Origin: Meiothermus sp. | GTDB taxonomy: Bacteria; Deinococcota; Deinococci; Deinococcales; Thermaceae | Length of the DNA stretch: 64,000 nt | Assembly (NCBI GenBank): GCA_033762915.1 | Contig: JANRLD010000025.1 | Location: 1 to 64,000 of the forward strand | Direction of reading: 5' to 3' | Shown: positions 1-10,700 of the stretch, piece after piece | How positions within the stretch are numbered: the stretch's first letter is position 1 | How the letters are laid out: every line of letters begins with the position of its first letter | Notes under the pieces: model-generated | Told to the model about the DNA's origin: nothing | The model's database searches: none | What the model saw: only the letters and a program-made list of their open reading frames with translations | Translations under genes and position numbers: made by a program

Positions 1-2
1 AG

Positions 3-1322
3 GCCGCCCAGTCTCAAGCGGCCCAGGGCCAGCCCAACCCCACACCGGCGGCCGCACGCCCGCTCGAGGTGGTTCCCCTGCCCTTCCTACGGGCCGACAG
101 CTCCGCTCCGGCCACCAGCCCCAACAGCCAGAACGCGACCCAAACCGCCCAGGCCAACCCCACCCCCACCAGCGCCGCCGCCCAGGCTCCGGCCCGGCCC
201 AGCCTGCCCCCCAACCCCTTCGCCCCGCTCATCAGCGAGAACCAGACCCCGCCGACCACCGCCACGGCCTCAGCGGTGCCCGCCACCCAAGGCCCCGGCA
301 GCCCGCCCATCCCCAGTGCGGCCAGTCCCACCCGGATTCCCACCCAGCAGAGCCGCGTGGTGGTCAGCCAGCCCCAGGCCGGGTTGCCCCGCATCCCCGG
401 CTTGACCAGCAACCGCCCCACCCCCACCGTCACTGGGCAGACGCCCAGGGTGACCGTGACCACCACCCGCCCCAGCCAGGGCCAGAACAGCGGGGTGCGC
501 ACCAACGCCGGCACCGCGCTGCCCCGCACCAACAACCTGAACACTGGTACCGCTCAGTCCAGCGCAGCCGGCAACGCCAACACCTCGAGCACCCCCCCCG
601 CCACCGCCCTGGTGCGACCGGGCGGCACCGTGCGCCTGACCCCCGGAGGCTCGGCCAACGCCGCGCCCAGCTCTATCACCCCCGGCACTGGGGCGCTGCC
701 GATCCGCATCGCGCCGCTCGAGCGCGAGTTGGCCTCCAGCCGCCCGGCCGCAGTCATCGAGACCCCCACCACCCCCCCGGTGGTGGAAACCCCCGCCGCC
801 CAGCCGACCCAGCAGCCCCTCAGCGCTCCCGTCGAGGCCGTCGAGACCCCCTCGGTGGGTGCCCTTGACATCGAGGGTGCCGGCCCGCAATCCAGCTTCA
901 GCCCCGACTTCACCCAGGTTCAACCGGGCGGGCGCACCACCCCCCGGCCCGAGATCCGGGGCACCACCGCCCAGCCCCCACGCCCGCAGACCCAGCAACA
1001 GCCCCAGCAACAAACCCAGCCTCAGCAGCAACAGCAGCAACAGACCCCCCAGCAGACCCAGACCACCGAGCAGACCACCACCGTCGCAGTGGCACCGCCC
1101 AACCCCATCGAGGATTACGTCAAGGCGCAGAACCTTCGCCTGGCCAACGTGGTGCTGGGCTCCACCAACGTGGCCATCTTCCAGAGCCGCGACGGCTTCC
1201 TGGTGCTCCCGGTAGGCTCCACCCTCCCCAACAGCGAGATTCTGATCCGCAGTCTGAACGCCCGCGAAGCCCTCTTGGTTCAGGGTTCGACCGAACTGAA
1301 CCTCCCCGTGCAGAACCCTTGA
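3..1322 (+). CDS. pilW: Thermus-type type IV pilus/competence protein PilW (5'-truncated by window edge)
   Basis: The frame of ORF 69..1322 is open back to base 3. It has a long Pro/Thr/Gln-rich linker, an 'LEVVPLPFL' motif and a small C-terminal beta domain (NVVLGSTNVAIF...LPVG). It lies directly upstream of pilQ, as in the Thermus pilMNOWQ operon. Confidence 0.7.
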   Translation, partial: AAQSQAAQGQPNPTPAAARPLEVVPLPFLRADSSAPATSPNSQNATQTAQANPTPTSAAAQAPARPSLPPNPFAPLISENQTPPTTATASAVPATQGPGSPPIPSAASPTRIPTQQSRVVVSQPQAGLPRIPGLTSNRPTPTVTGQTPRVTVTTTRPSQGQNSGVRTNAGTALPRTNNLNTGTAQSSAAGNANTSSTPPATALVRPGGTVRLTPGGSANAAPSSITPGTGALPIRIAPLERELASSRPAAVIETPTTPPVVETPAAQPTQQPLSAPVEAVETPSVGALDIEGAGPQSSFSPDFTQVQPGGRTTPRPEIRGTTAQPPRPQTQQQPQQQTQPQQQQQQQTPQQTQTTEQTTTVAVAPPNPIEDYVKAQNLRLANVVLGSTNVAIFQSRDGFLVLPVGSTLPNSEILIRSLNAREALLVQGSTELNLPVQNP

Positions 1323-1340
1323 CGCTAAGGCGGTGAATAG

Positions 1341-2861
1341 ATGAAACGTTTTCTTGCTCTTCTCGTAGTCCTCAGCCTGGCCTTGGCGCAGGGCGGCCTG
1401 CCCAAGGACCCCAGATTCGACCAGCCGGTAACCCAGACCGGCACCTCTGTGCCGCTGATTACCTTGCTCGAGGCCCTGGCCAAGAGCGTGGGCCTCTCCC
1501 CGGTACTGCGCGACATCCCCAGCGTACAGGTCAACGCCGACTTTAATCGCCGCCCCTTCCGCCAGGTCTGGGAACTCCTGATCTCCACCTACGGCGACGG
1601 CAAGATCAGCTACGTACTGCTGGACAACAACGTCATCGTGGTTGGCCCCCGCGAGGTGGTGGCCAGGGCGGCGGGCGAGACCGCCCCCACCACCGCCGCC
1701 CCCACCGAGCCGGTGAGCCGCGAGTTCTACGAGGTGCGCAGTGCCGACACCGCCCAACTCGTGACTTTCCTGGGCGAGCAAGTCCCCGGCGCTACCATCC
1801 GGGTAGCCCCCGGCAGCAACTCCATCGTGGTCACCGGCACGGTCAAGCAGCAGGCCGAGGTCGCGGCCATCCTGCAGCGCGTCGACCGCCCCCGTCCCAC
1901 CGCCGTCCCAGTGGTGCAGCGCTCCTTCAGCCTGTCCCACGCCCGGGCGACCGAGTTGGCCGAGGTACTGACCAAGACCATCGCAGCCCAGGCCGGTGCC
2001 GGGGCAGGCGCAGCTGCGGCCGCCGCCGCGGCCCCCGCCGCCACCATCGTGGGCGAGTCGCGCACCAACACCATCATCGTGACCGGCAGCGCCGACCAGA
2101 TCGCCCTGGTCGAGCGGCTGATTCCCCAGCTCGACCGCCCGATCCAGCAGGTGCAACTTCAAATCCGGGTGCAGAGCGTCCGCAGCGAGGTGGTGCGCAA
2201 CTTGGGCATCAAGTGGGAGACCATCGCGGGCGGCAACCTGATCGGCAGTATCCTCAGTGCTCCGGCCCAGGGCCTCAACCTGATCTTCGACGCCACCCGT
2301 AGCCTGACCTCGCTCAACATCCGGGCGGTCTTGGACGCCCTCGAGCAGCAGTCGCTCTCGCGACGCCTGAGCGACGGCAACGTGCTGGTGGAGGACAATT
2401 ACGGGGCCGCCAACGACGATATCCGCACTTCCGGGGCCAGGGGTGCCGAAATCCGCACCGGCGGCAAGCTGCTGATCCCCATCCGGGTGGGCGACCAGAT
2501 CAGCGTACGCGAGTTCGAGTACGGACTGACCCTGCGCGTTCGGCCCCAGATCACCAACGACGGCAGCATCGTCCTCGAGGTCTTCACCACCACCGGCGAC
2601 GACCCCCAGGCCGGCCCGGCAGACTCCATCCGCATCCCCCAACAGAGCACCCTCTCGAGGCTGCGCATCCGCGACGGCCAGACGGTGGTGCTGGGCGGCC
2701 TGATCCAGCGCGTCACCAACAGCACCACCAGCCAGGTACCGATCCTGGGCGACATTCCCCTGCTGGGCGAGCTGTTCAAGACCCGCTCCAACTCCACCCA
2801 GGACGAGGAGTTGATCGTGGTGATCACGGGCAACATCGTCAAGGACGTGGCAGCGCGGTAG
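1341..2861 (+). CDS. pilQ: Type IV pilus / DNA uptake secretin PilQ
   Basis: Signal peptide, N-domain repeats (SLSHARATELAEVL, ESRTNTIIVTGS...LDRP) and secretin C-terminus (GLTLRVRPQI, DGQTVVLGGLI, VPILGDIPLLGELFK). Confidence 0.92.
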   Translation: MKRFLALLVVLSLALAQGGLPKDPRFDQPVTQTGTSVPLITLLEALAKSVGLSPVLRDIPSVQVNADFNRRPFRQVWELLISTYGDGKISYVLLDNNVIVVGPREVVARAAGETAPTTAAPTEPVSREFYEVRSADTAQLVTFLGEQVPGATIRVAPGSNSIVVTGTVKQQAEVAAILQRVDRPRPTAVPVVQRSFSLSHARATELAEVLTKTIAAQAGAGAGAAAAAAAAPAATIVGESRTNTIIVTGSADQIALVERLIPQLDRPIQQVQLQIRVQSVRSEVVRNLGIKWETIAGGNLIGSILSAPAQGLNLIFDATRSLTSLNIRAVLDALEQQSLSRRLSDGNVLVEDNYGAANDDIRTSGARGAEIRTGGKLLIPIRVGDQISVREFEYGLTLRVRPQITNDGSIVLEVFTTTGDDPQAGPADSIRIPQQSTLSRLRIRDGQTVVLGGLIQRVTNSTTSQVPILGDIPLLGELFKTRSNSTQDEELIVVITGNIVKDVAAR

Positions 2862-2885
2862 AGTCGTCAACGTTAAGCGTCGCAG

Positions 2886-2917
2886 GCAGGCCGCTCGCGG
2901 GAGCGGCCTGCTCGTTT
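2886..2917 (+). terminator. Probable intrinsic terminator after pilQ
   Basis: Perfect 11-bp stem GCAGGCCGCTC-gcgg-GAGCGGCCTGC followed by tcgttt. Confidence 0.65.
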
Positions 2918-2950
2918 GCGTGGCCCGCCAACCGGTGAGCGGGGCTGTTT

Positions 2951-2978
2951 TTGCTTATGTGGGGCGATGTGCTAGATT
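2951..2978 (+). promoter_or_regulatory. SigA-type promoter for a leaderless aroC transcript
   Basis: TTGCTT-N16-TAGATT with an extended TGn. The -10 ends 6 nt before ATG 2985 and there is no Shine-Dalgarno. Confidence 0.55.
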
Positions 2979-2984
2979 CTTACC

Positions 2985-4136
2985 ATGCGTTTTCTGACTG
3001 CGGGCGAATCCCACGGGCCGGGCCTGACGGCCATCGTGGAGGGCCTGCCCAGCCAACTGCCGCTTACGGTCGAGGACATCAACCCTTGGCTAAAAAAGCG
3101 GCAGGGCGGGTACGGGCGGGGCCGACGAATGGTCATCGAGACCGACACGGCAGAGTTTTTGAGCGGGGTGAGGGCCGGGCGGACGACTGGCGCACCCGTG
3201 GCGATCTTCATCAAGAACACCGACCACCGCAACTGGACGGAGATCATGGACCCGGCCCCCGGCAACGAGCCGCGCAAAAAGGCCCTCACCGCCGCGCGGC
3301 CCGGCCACGCCGACCTGGCGGGCGGCATCAAATACGGGCACAAGGACCTGCGGGACGTACTCGAGCGGGCCTCGGCCCGAGAGACCGCCACCCGCGTCGC
3401 GGTCGGGGCCATCGCTCACAAGCTGCTGGCGCAGTTCGGGGTGCAGGGGGCGTCGTACGTGGACGGGATGGCCGGGGTTTGGAGCGGCGTTCCCTTCAAC
3501 TGGAGCCTGAAGAGCCAGGTCGAGGATAGCCCGGTACGCATGACCGACCCCGCCGCCGAGGCCGAGGTGATCCGGCGCGTGGACGAGGCCAAGGCTGCTG
3601 GCGACACCCTGGGGGGGGTGGTCGAGGTACGCTTCCGGGGCCTGGTGCCCGGCCTGGGCTCGCAGATGCACTGGGAGCGCAAGCTGGACGGGCGCATCAG
3701 CCAGATGGTGATGAGCATTCCGGCCATCAAGGGCGTCGAGATCGGCACCGGCTTCGGCAATGCCATGATCCCCGGCTCGCAGGTACACGACCCCATCTAC
3801 TGGGAGAAAGGTCGGGGCTACTTCCGCCAGTCCAACCGCTCCGGCGGCACCGAGGCGGGCATGACCACCGGCGAGGAGCTGGTGGTGCGGGCAGCCCTAA
3901 AGCCCATCGCCACCCTGATGAAGCCCCTGCCCACCGTGGATGTGGTGACCCACCAGCCCGCCGATGCGGCCAGGGAGCGCTCCGACACCACGGCGGTTCC
4001 CGCCGCCAGCGTGATCGTGGAGGCGCTGGTGGGGATCATCTTGGCCCAGGCCTACCTCGAGAAGTTTGGCGGCGACACGCTGGGGGAATTGGTGGAGCGG
4101 GTTGAGGCGTATAAGCAGAAAGCACTGGCCTATTAA
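2985..4136 (+). CDS. aroC: Chorismate synthase
   Basis: MRFLTAGESHG N-terminus; RPGHADL, ERASARET, SIPAIKGVEIG, KPIATL and ERSD motifs. Confidence 0.97.
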   Translation: MRFLTAGESHGPGLTAIVEGLPSQLPLTVEDINPWLKKRQGGYGRGRRMVIETDTAEFLSGVRAGRTTGAPVAIFIKNTDHRNWTEIMDPAPGNEPRKKALTAARPGHADLAGGIKYGHKDLRDVLERASARETATRVAVGAIAHKLLAQFGVQGASYVDGMAGVWSGVPFNWSLKSQVEDSPVRMTDPAAEAEVIRRVDEAKAAGDTLGGVVEVRFRGLVPGLGSQMHWERKLDGRISQMVMSIPAIKGVEIGTGFGNAMIPGSQVHDPIYWEKGRGYFRQSNRSGGTEAGMTTGEELVVRAALKPIATLMKPLPTVDVVTHQPADAARERSDTTAVPAASVIVEALVGIILAQAYLEKFGGDTLGELVERVEAYKQKALAY

Positions 4137-4173
4137 TGTCTCAGGTCGCACGTCTCAGGTCTCAGGCCAAGGG

Positions 4174-4389
4174 TCAGAGGCGACCCCCCCACGGTTTATG
4201 GGGGGCGGCGCACGCTGCCTTGTCCAGCACCTTGTATCCCCACCCGAGGTTTGCGTCAAACCGAGTTGGCGCGCCCTTCGCGGCGAGCGGGGGGCCGACT
4301 CGGTGGGCGGGCATCAGGGGGGGTCGCGGGGCAAGGATCTGTCCCCCCAGCCAAGCCGCCCGCAGCAGCTCCGGGAGAGAGGCCTCTGA
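4174..4389. other. Structured intergenic element (MITE-like or ncRNA)
   Basis: Bounded by TCAGAGGC/GCCTCTGA. Nested stems GCGACCCCCC/GGGGGGTCGC and ACCGAGTTGGC/GCCGACTCGGT. Confidence 0.35.
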
Positions 4390-4458
4390 ATTCCCCTTGC
4401 CCTTTCCCCTTTCCTCTTTGCTCCCTCTTCTTCCCACTTCCCCCCTCCCCTCCTTCGT

Positions 4459-5004
4459 ATGCTCGAGATAGACCGCCCCTCCAACTGGGTTGCCCTCACC
4501 GGCTTCATGGGCGTGGGCAAGAGCCGCATCGGGCGGGAGCTGGCGAAGGAGCTGATGCTGCACTTCATTGACCTGGACGGGTACATCGAGCGGGAGACCG
4601 GACTCTCGATTCCCGACATCTTCAGGCACCTGGGCGAGCCCACCTTTAGGGGCCTCGAAACCGAAGCCGTTACGGAGCTTACCCAGAAGGATTTTTTGGT
4701 ACTCTCATTGGGTGGGGGCACCTTTGTGAACGCCGAAAACCGCCAGCGGCTGCTGGACCGGGGGCCGGTGGTGGCGCTTTGGGCCAGCCCCGAAACCATC
4801 TACGAGCGGGTCAGCCGACGCCCCGGTCAGCGGCCCATCCTGGCGCAGGAAGACCCCATGCAGCGCATCCGCGACCTGCTCGAGCAGCGCCGGGCCATCT
4901 ACGAGCAGGCCACGCTCCAGGTCTCCACCGACGGTCGGCGCATCCCCGATGTGGTAGACGAGATTATCGAGAGGCTTTGGGATTATGCGGACGCTCAAGA
5001 TTAA
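4459..5004 (+). CDS. aroK: Shikimate kinase
   Basis: Walker A GFMGVGKS, then DLDGYIE, GEPTFRGLE, SLGGG and RP lid motifs. Confidence 0.96.
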   Translation: MLEIDRPSNWVALTGFMGVGKSRIGRELAKELMLHFIDLDGYIERETGLSIPDIFRHLGEPTFRGLETEAVTELTQKDFLVLSLGGGTFVNAENRQRLLDRGPVVALWASPETIYERVSRRPGQRPILAQEDPMQRIRDLLEQRRAIYEQATLQVSTDGRRIPDVVDEIIERLWDYADAQD

Positions 5005-6055
5005 ACAACCCTTTGAGCACCTGGTCAGCATCGGTTTCGACCTCGAGATCCCTCAGGCCCCCGGCCCCCGCGCCCTGCTCTACGACCGGGCGGTAGAGGG
5101 CTACGCGGGCGCGCTGGGCGACAAGCTGTCCATCAGCGCGAGGCTGGGCCTGAGCGGCGGCGAGGGCTGCAAGACCATCACCACCTACGCCGACGTGATG
5201 AGCTGGATGGCCAGGCGCTCGCTGCCCCGCGACACCACCCTTTATGTGGTGGGGGGCGGTACCCTGACCGATCTGGGCGGCTTTGTGGCCGCCAGCTACC
5301 TGCGCGGCATCAAGTACGTCAGCATTCCTACCACCACCCTGGCGGTGGTCGATGCATCGGTCGGGGGCAAAACCGGCATCAACCTGACCGAGGGCAAGAA
5401 CCTGGTGGGCGCTTTTCACACCCCCGAGGGCGTCTTTGCCGACCTCACCACCCTCAAGACCCTCCCCGGCCACACCTTCCGCGACGGGCTGGTGGAAGCC
5501 TTCAAGCACGGCGTGATCTCCGGCGACGAGTTGCTAATGAACGTGGAGGGCCTGACCCTCGAGGGGCCGGGCTTCGACAACTACCTGGCGCGGGCGGTCT
5601 CGGTGAAGATTCGCATCGTGGAGGCCGACCCCAGAGAGAAGGGCGAGCGGCGCAAGTTGAATCTGGGTCACACCCTGGGGCACGCCCTCGAGCAGGCCTC
5701 GCAGCACACCCTGCCGCACGGCGCGGCGGTAGCCTACGGGATGCTCTACGCGGCCCTGCTGGGTAAGGTGCTGGGCGGCAACGACCTGGTGCCTGCAGTG
5801 CAGAAGCTGATCCAGTGGCTCGAGCCCGCGGCCCCTCCCAAGCTGGAGTGGAGCGAGCTGACCCCCTACCTGATGCGCGACAAGAAAAAGATCGGCACCG
5901 CGCTCAACTGGGTGGTGCCGATGGACATGGGCTGGCTCGAGGTGCACCCGGTCTCCGAGGACGTCCTCTGGAACTGCTACGACGAGTTCCTCTTCCTCAC
6001 CAAAGACCCGACCCTATGGCCGCAGAAGGCGACACCTAACCAGCAGATGTCGTGA
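4985..6055 (+). CDS. aroB: 3-dehydroquinate synthase
   Basis: GGGTLTDLGGFVAASYLRGI, PTTTLAVVDASVGGKTGIN, LNLGHTLGHALE, HGAAVAYG and DKK motifs. Confidence 0.96.
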   Translation: MRTLKIKQPFEHLVSIGFDLEIPQAPGPRALLYDRAVEGYAGALGDKLSISARLGLSGGEGCKTITTYADVMSWMARRSLPRDTTLYVVGGGTLTDLGGFVAASYLRGIKYVSIPTTTLAVVDASVGGKTGINLTEGKNLVGAFHTPEGVFADLTTLKTLPGHTFRDGLVEAFKHGVISGDELLMNVEGLTLEGPGFDNYLARAVSVKIRIVEADPREKGERRKLNLGHTLGHALEQASQHTLPHGAAVAYGMLYAALLGKVLGGNDLVPAVQKLIQWLEPAAPPKLEWSELTPYLMRDKKKIGTALNWVVPMDMGWLEVHPVSEDVLWNCYDEFLFLTKDPTLWPQKATPNQQMS

Positions 6056-6096
6056 AGGCGGACGATGGTCGGAACAGACCCGGGGGTGGGGCAGGT

Positions 6097-6948
6097 TCAG
6101 CGTATTTGACCCAGCAGGTCTCGGAACCAGCCATGCCTCATGCTGGGCTGTTGGGTCAGCAGGTCGCGAAAGGCCTCGCGCTCCAAGGGCTCTCGAGCCC
6201 TTGAGTAGACCGCGTAGGCGAAGCGCAATGCCTCGAGGTGCCAGAACTCTCGAGGCGGTTCGGCCATCTGCTCGAGCCCCCAGGCCGGGGGCGGGTTCCA
6301 GCGCGAGACCTTGTGCTGTTCCTCGCCGATAAAGCGCCACATCCGGCCCGGGATCGAGACGTTGTGAGCCGCTCGAGGGCCGTAGGCGGCCAGCCAGGGG
6401 GCGTGCTGCTGCCAGCGCCAGGTGTTGGGGCTGTTCTTGGTGCGCCAGACCAGCCCCACGAAGCGCATCCGGCGGGCCAGAGCAGCGGGGTCGAGGCCCG
6501 ACCCACGCGCCCACTCTAGCCACAGTTCCGAGAGGTTCTGGTAGGTGCTGCCGCCCGACACCACGTCCACCAGCACGGTTTTACGCGGCGCTGCGGCGAT
6601 CTGCCGGGGGCTCAGCTCGAGGGCGGCGAGGTGCTGCCGGAAGACCTCGAGGGACTGCCGGTATTCCCGGCGGATGTCCCGGGCATCCCAGCGGTGCAGC
6701 GAGACGTTGAGCAGCGCGAGCCGCGAGGCCCAGGAAGTCTCGCCCAGCATCCCGCTCAGGTAGTCGAAGAGGCTCTCCGGCGAGCGCCCCAAAAAGACCA
6801 GATTGCCGTCTTGGCTGGCCGAGAGCACCCGGGCCGCGCAAAGCCGCAGGTCCTCCCAGAACTCCGGGTAGGCCTCGGCGGGGGTGCCCTCGAGGAGCTT
6901 ACCCAGCTGTTCGCGTCGCTTCACGTCCCAGCGAAACGGTTGGTACAT
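6097..6948 (-). CDS. Hypothetical protein with a phosphoribosyltransferase-like motif
   Basis: 283-aa ORF convergent with aroB. 'TVLVDVVSGGSTY' resembles a type I PRTase PRPP-binding loop. Confidence 0.6.
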   Translation of the reverse strand: MYQPFRWDVKRREQLGKLLEGTPAEAYPEFWEDLRLCAARVLSASQDGNLVFLGRSPESLFDYLSGMLGETSWASRLALLNVSLHRWDARDIRREYRQSLEVFRQHLAALELSPRQIAAAPRKTVLVDVVSGGSTYQNLSELWLEWARGSGLDPAALARRMRFVGLVWRTKNSPNTWRWQQHAPWLAAYGPRAAHNVSIPGRMWRFIGEEQHKVSRWNPPPAWGLEQMAEPPREFWHLEALRFAYAVYSRAREPLEREAFRDLLTQQPSMRHGWFRDLLGQIR

Positions 6949-6991
6949 AACCCTCTACACCCCACACCCTACACCCTGCTAGGCTTTTGGT

Positions 6992-7705
6992 ATGTCCACC
7001 CCCGTGATCTTTCTCCACGCCTTCCCGTACAGCCCTGCGATGTGGGAAGAGCAAGTTAAGTCTGTGGGCGACCGGCCCGCGCTGGTGCCCGACATCCTGG
7101 GCCTCGAGACCCTCGAGGCTGCCGCCGCGCAGGTGCTCTTGGAGATGGACGACCGGGGCTGGGAGAAGGCCGTTTTCGTGGGGCTCTCGATGGGCGGCTA
7201 CGTGATGTTCCGGCTGTGGAACCTCCAGCCGGAGCGCGTCGCGGCCATGCTGCTGGCCGACACCCGCGCCACCCCCGACACCCCCGAGGGCCGCGCCAGG
7301 CGACATGAGACCGCCGCCAAGATCGAGGCGGGAGGAATGGCGGCCTTCGTGCCGGGGGCCATCGAGTCCAACCTGGGCCAGACCACCAAAACGGCGCGAC
7401 TAGAGCTGCTCGAGCACGTCCGCCAGACCCTCCTGCACGCCGACCCGCACAAGACCGTCATCAGCCTCCGCGCCCTGGCCACCCGCCCGGACTCGCTCCC
7501 GCTGCTTCCCAGCATTAGCGTCCCGACGCTGGTGGTGGTGGGCGATGAGGACACCCTGACCCCGCCCTCCGACGCATGGCAGATGGCGGCCGCCATCCCC
7601 CGCAGCCAGCTGGTGGTCGTACCCCGGGCCGGACACATGAGCAACCTCGAGAACCCCTCGGTCTTCAACGCAGCCCTGCTGGGATTCCTGGCCGGACTGG
7701 GGTAA
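6992..7705 (+). CDS. Alpha/beta hydrolase (PcaD/MenH-like)
   Basis: FLHAFP oxyanion motif, GLSMGG nucleophile elbow, GDEDTLTP and AGHMSNLE. Confidence 0.92.
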   Translation: MSTPVIFLHAFPYSPAMWEEQVKSVGDRPALVPDILGLETLEAAAAQVLLEMDDRGWEKAVFVGLSMGGYVMFRLWNLQPERVAAMLLADTRATPDTPEGRARRHETAAKIEAGGMAAFVPGAIESNLGQTTKTARLELLEHVRQTLLHADPHKTVISLRALATRPDSLPLLPSISVPTLVVVGDEDTLTPPSDAWQMAAAIPRSQLVVVPRAGHMSNLENPSVFNAALLGFLAGLG

Positions 7706-7771
7706 CCGACAGAGGAAAGAGAAAGCAGAAACCGCAGTCGTCATGCGGTCGCATTGCCCTGGCTATTCACT

Positions 7772-10700
7772 TCAAGCCCGCGCCGCTTCCCGCGCCCTGT
7801 TCGCCAGAAGCTCCATCAGCGCGGGCACCGGCTGGGGCTTGGCGATGTAGTAGCCCTGGATCAGGTCGCAGCCGTGCTGGCGCAGCCAGTCCATCTGCTC
7901 GAGGGTCTCCACCCCCTCGGCCAGAACCTCCATGCCCAGGGTGTGGCCCAGTTGGATCATGGCCCGCAGCAGTTGCTCACCTGCCTCACCGCCGCCGATG
8001 TTGAGCACCAAGGTTCGGTCGAGCTTGAGTCGGTCGATGGGCAGGTGGCGCAGGTAGGCCACCGAGGCGTAGCCGCTGCCGAAGTCGTCGAGGGCGATCT
8101 TGGCCCCCAGCGCGCGAAGCTCGCCCAACACCTGCTGGGCGCTCTTGAGGTCAGAGAGCAGGGCGGTCTCGGTGATCTCGAAGATGAGCTGCTGGGCTGA
8201 GAGGTCGAACTCCTCGAGAAGCCGGCCCACGTGCTGCGGCAGGGTGGGGTCGCGCAGGGTCTGGGCCGAAAGGTTGAGCGAGACCTCGAGGGGGAGCTGG
8301 GAATGGGCCTTAAGCCACTCCAGCGCCCGGCGCAGCCCCAGGGTGTCGATCCGCTCGATCAGACGCAGCTCCTCGGCCAGCGGGATGAAGCGGGCCGGCG
8401 AGACCCACTGGCCCTGCTGGTTCCAGCGCACCAGCGACTCTACCGAGACGATGCGCTGGCTGCGCAGGTCGAAGATAGGCTGGTAGTGGAACTCGAAGAC
8501 CTGGGAGCTGACCGCCTGGCGCAGGCTGGCCTCGAGGTGCAGATGCTCCTCGGAGTAGGGATTCTGGCTGGGGTCGTAGACCACGATGCCGGCGCCCGCG
8601 CGCTTGGCCTGGTACATGGCGATGTCGGCGGCCTTGAGGAGGTCGGTAATCTCCGAGCCGTCCCGGGGGCTGCTGGCGATCCCGATGCTGACCGAGACCT
8701 GGAGCTTGTGTCCGCGCAGCTCGAGGGGCTTGCTGAGGCTGGTCAGGATGCGCTCGGCCACCTTGCGGGCGCTGGCCGGGTTGGCGTCGGTGAGCAGAAT
8801 GGCGAACTCGTCGCCGCTGTAGCGGACCAGGGTGTCCTCGAGCCGGATGCACTCCCCCAGCAGCCGGGCGATCTGTACCAGCAGTTCGTCGCCCGCGAAG
8901 TGGCCCAGGGTGTCGTTGATGTTCTTAAAGCGGTCGACATCCAGCAGGATCAGGCTGACCGACCAGCCCTTGCGCTGGGCGATGGCGATGGTGTGGGCGG
9001 CCCGGTCCTCGAGCATCCGGCGGTTGCCCAGGCCGGTAAGGGCGTCGTGCAGGGCCTGGTGGGCGATCTGACTCTCGTAGCTCTTGCGCTGGGTGATGTC
9101 GCGGCTGCCGAAGAGCAGCTTATGGGGCTGCCCGCCCTGGTAAATCACGTTCCCTACCACCTCGACCCAGACCGGGGTGCCGTCCTTTCGCACGTCCATC
9201 ACCTCGATGCGGGTATTGGCGGGGTTGGCGGGGTCGGCCAGGCCTTGGGCCAGGGCCTCGAGGGCGCGCTCCTGGTGCTCAGGATGGATCAGCTCGAGGG
9301 CGTTCATGCCCATCATCTCCTCCGGCTTGTAGCCGAACAGGTGCTCGGAGGATGGGGTTACGTACTCGATACGGGCCTCGAGGTCGCACAGCATCACCAC
9401 GTCCAGCATCCCGTCGGTCACCTGCTGCAAGAGGGTCTTGTGCTGCCGCACGGCCCGCTCGGCGGCCACCCTGGCGCTCACATCGCGGAAACCGAACTGG
9501 AAGACCGCGGCCTCGCCTTCCTTGTGGATCGGCCCGCCCAGGGCCTCCAGGTAGACGGTGCGCCCATCGGCGTGGCGGACCTGAAGGATCAGCGGGGCCG
9601 GCTCCACCCCGAAGTGGGCAGCCCGCTCGAGGTAGGCCCCCACCTCCTCGCGGAAGCGCGGCTCCACGAAGTCGAGGATGTTCGCGCCCAGCATCCGCTC
9701 CACCGAATAGCCCAGCAGGTTGTAGATCGAGGGGGTGACGAAGCGGATCTGGCCCTCGAGGCTGGCCTGCACCACGCAGTCCAGCATGGCGTCGGTGATC
9801 TTCTGCAGGGCCTCCTGGCTGCTCTTGAGGGCCGTCTCGGCCTCTTTGCGGGCCTGGACGGAGTGCATCACCAGCAGCAGGAAGCTGTCCTGGCCCTCCA
9901 CCACCGCGCTCACCGAGCCCTCCACACTCACCAGGCTGCCATCGCGCCGACGCAGCTGGTATTCGCCCGACATCGGCTGCCCGGCCAGCACCGCCTCTAG
10001 CCGCCGCACCGTCCAGCTGGCCTGGTAGGCCACCAGGTCCAGCATGCTGCGGCCTACCAGCTCTTCGCGACCGTAGTCCAGCAACTCGCCCAGGCTGTGG
10101 TTGGCCTCCAGTACCGCGAAGCTGCGGCTGTCCAAGAGCGCGATGCCCTCGGCGGCCTGCTGCACCAGGGCGCGGTAGCGGCGCTCCAGGGCCAGGCGTT
10201 CGTGCTGCTGGGTCTCGAGGCGACGCACCAGGGTGCGCCCCAGCAGCACGAACAGCAGCGCCACCGCTGCGCTGGCCAGGATGCTGCTGTTGACGATCTG
10301 CTGCCCCAGGAGGCTGAGGTAGCGGTTCTGCACCAGCTCGAGGCGGGCGATGACCCGACCGCTTATATCCGGGACGAAAATGCTGATCTGCTGCGTACGC
10401 TCGTTCAGCGGTTCGACCCGGCCGTGGCTGATGCGCGAGGACCCGCCCCGGCCCACCGCAGAAGGGGCGGAGGCCGGGGTCAGGGTCAGCCGCACGTTGG
10501 TGTTGGCCGGATCGGGCAGGCTGAACTTCCCTAGATCGAAACGCCGGGCTAAGACCAGATAGCCCCGCGACAGTCCCTCCCCTCCGGTGGGCAACACCTG
10601 AACCGAGGCCACCAGCAGCAGGCTGCCGTCCACGCGGATAAAGCCGGTGGCCAGGCGGGTCTCGACCAGGCGCCGCAGCTCGGCCACGGCCAGGCTCGAG

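Noticed and set aside
270..2870. 866-aa minus-strand ORF
   Set aside because: Antisense shadow of pilW/pilQ caused by high-GC codon bias; no recognisable motifs.
4136..4471. 111-aa ORF bridging aroC and aroK
   Set aside because: Translation of heptamer tracts and a structured insert; low-complexity and not protein-like.
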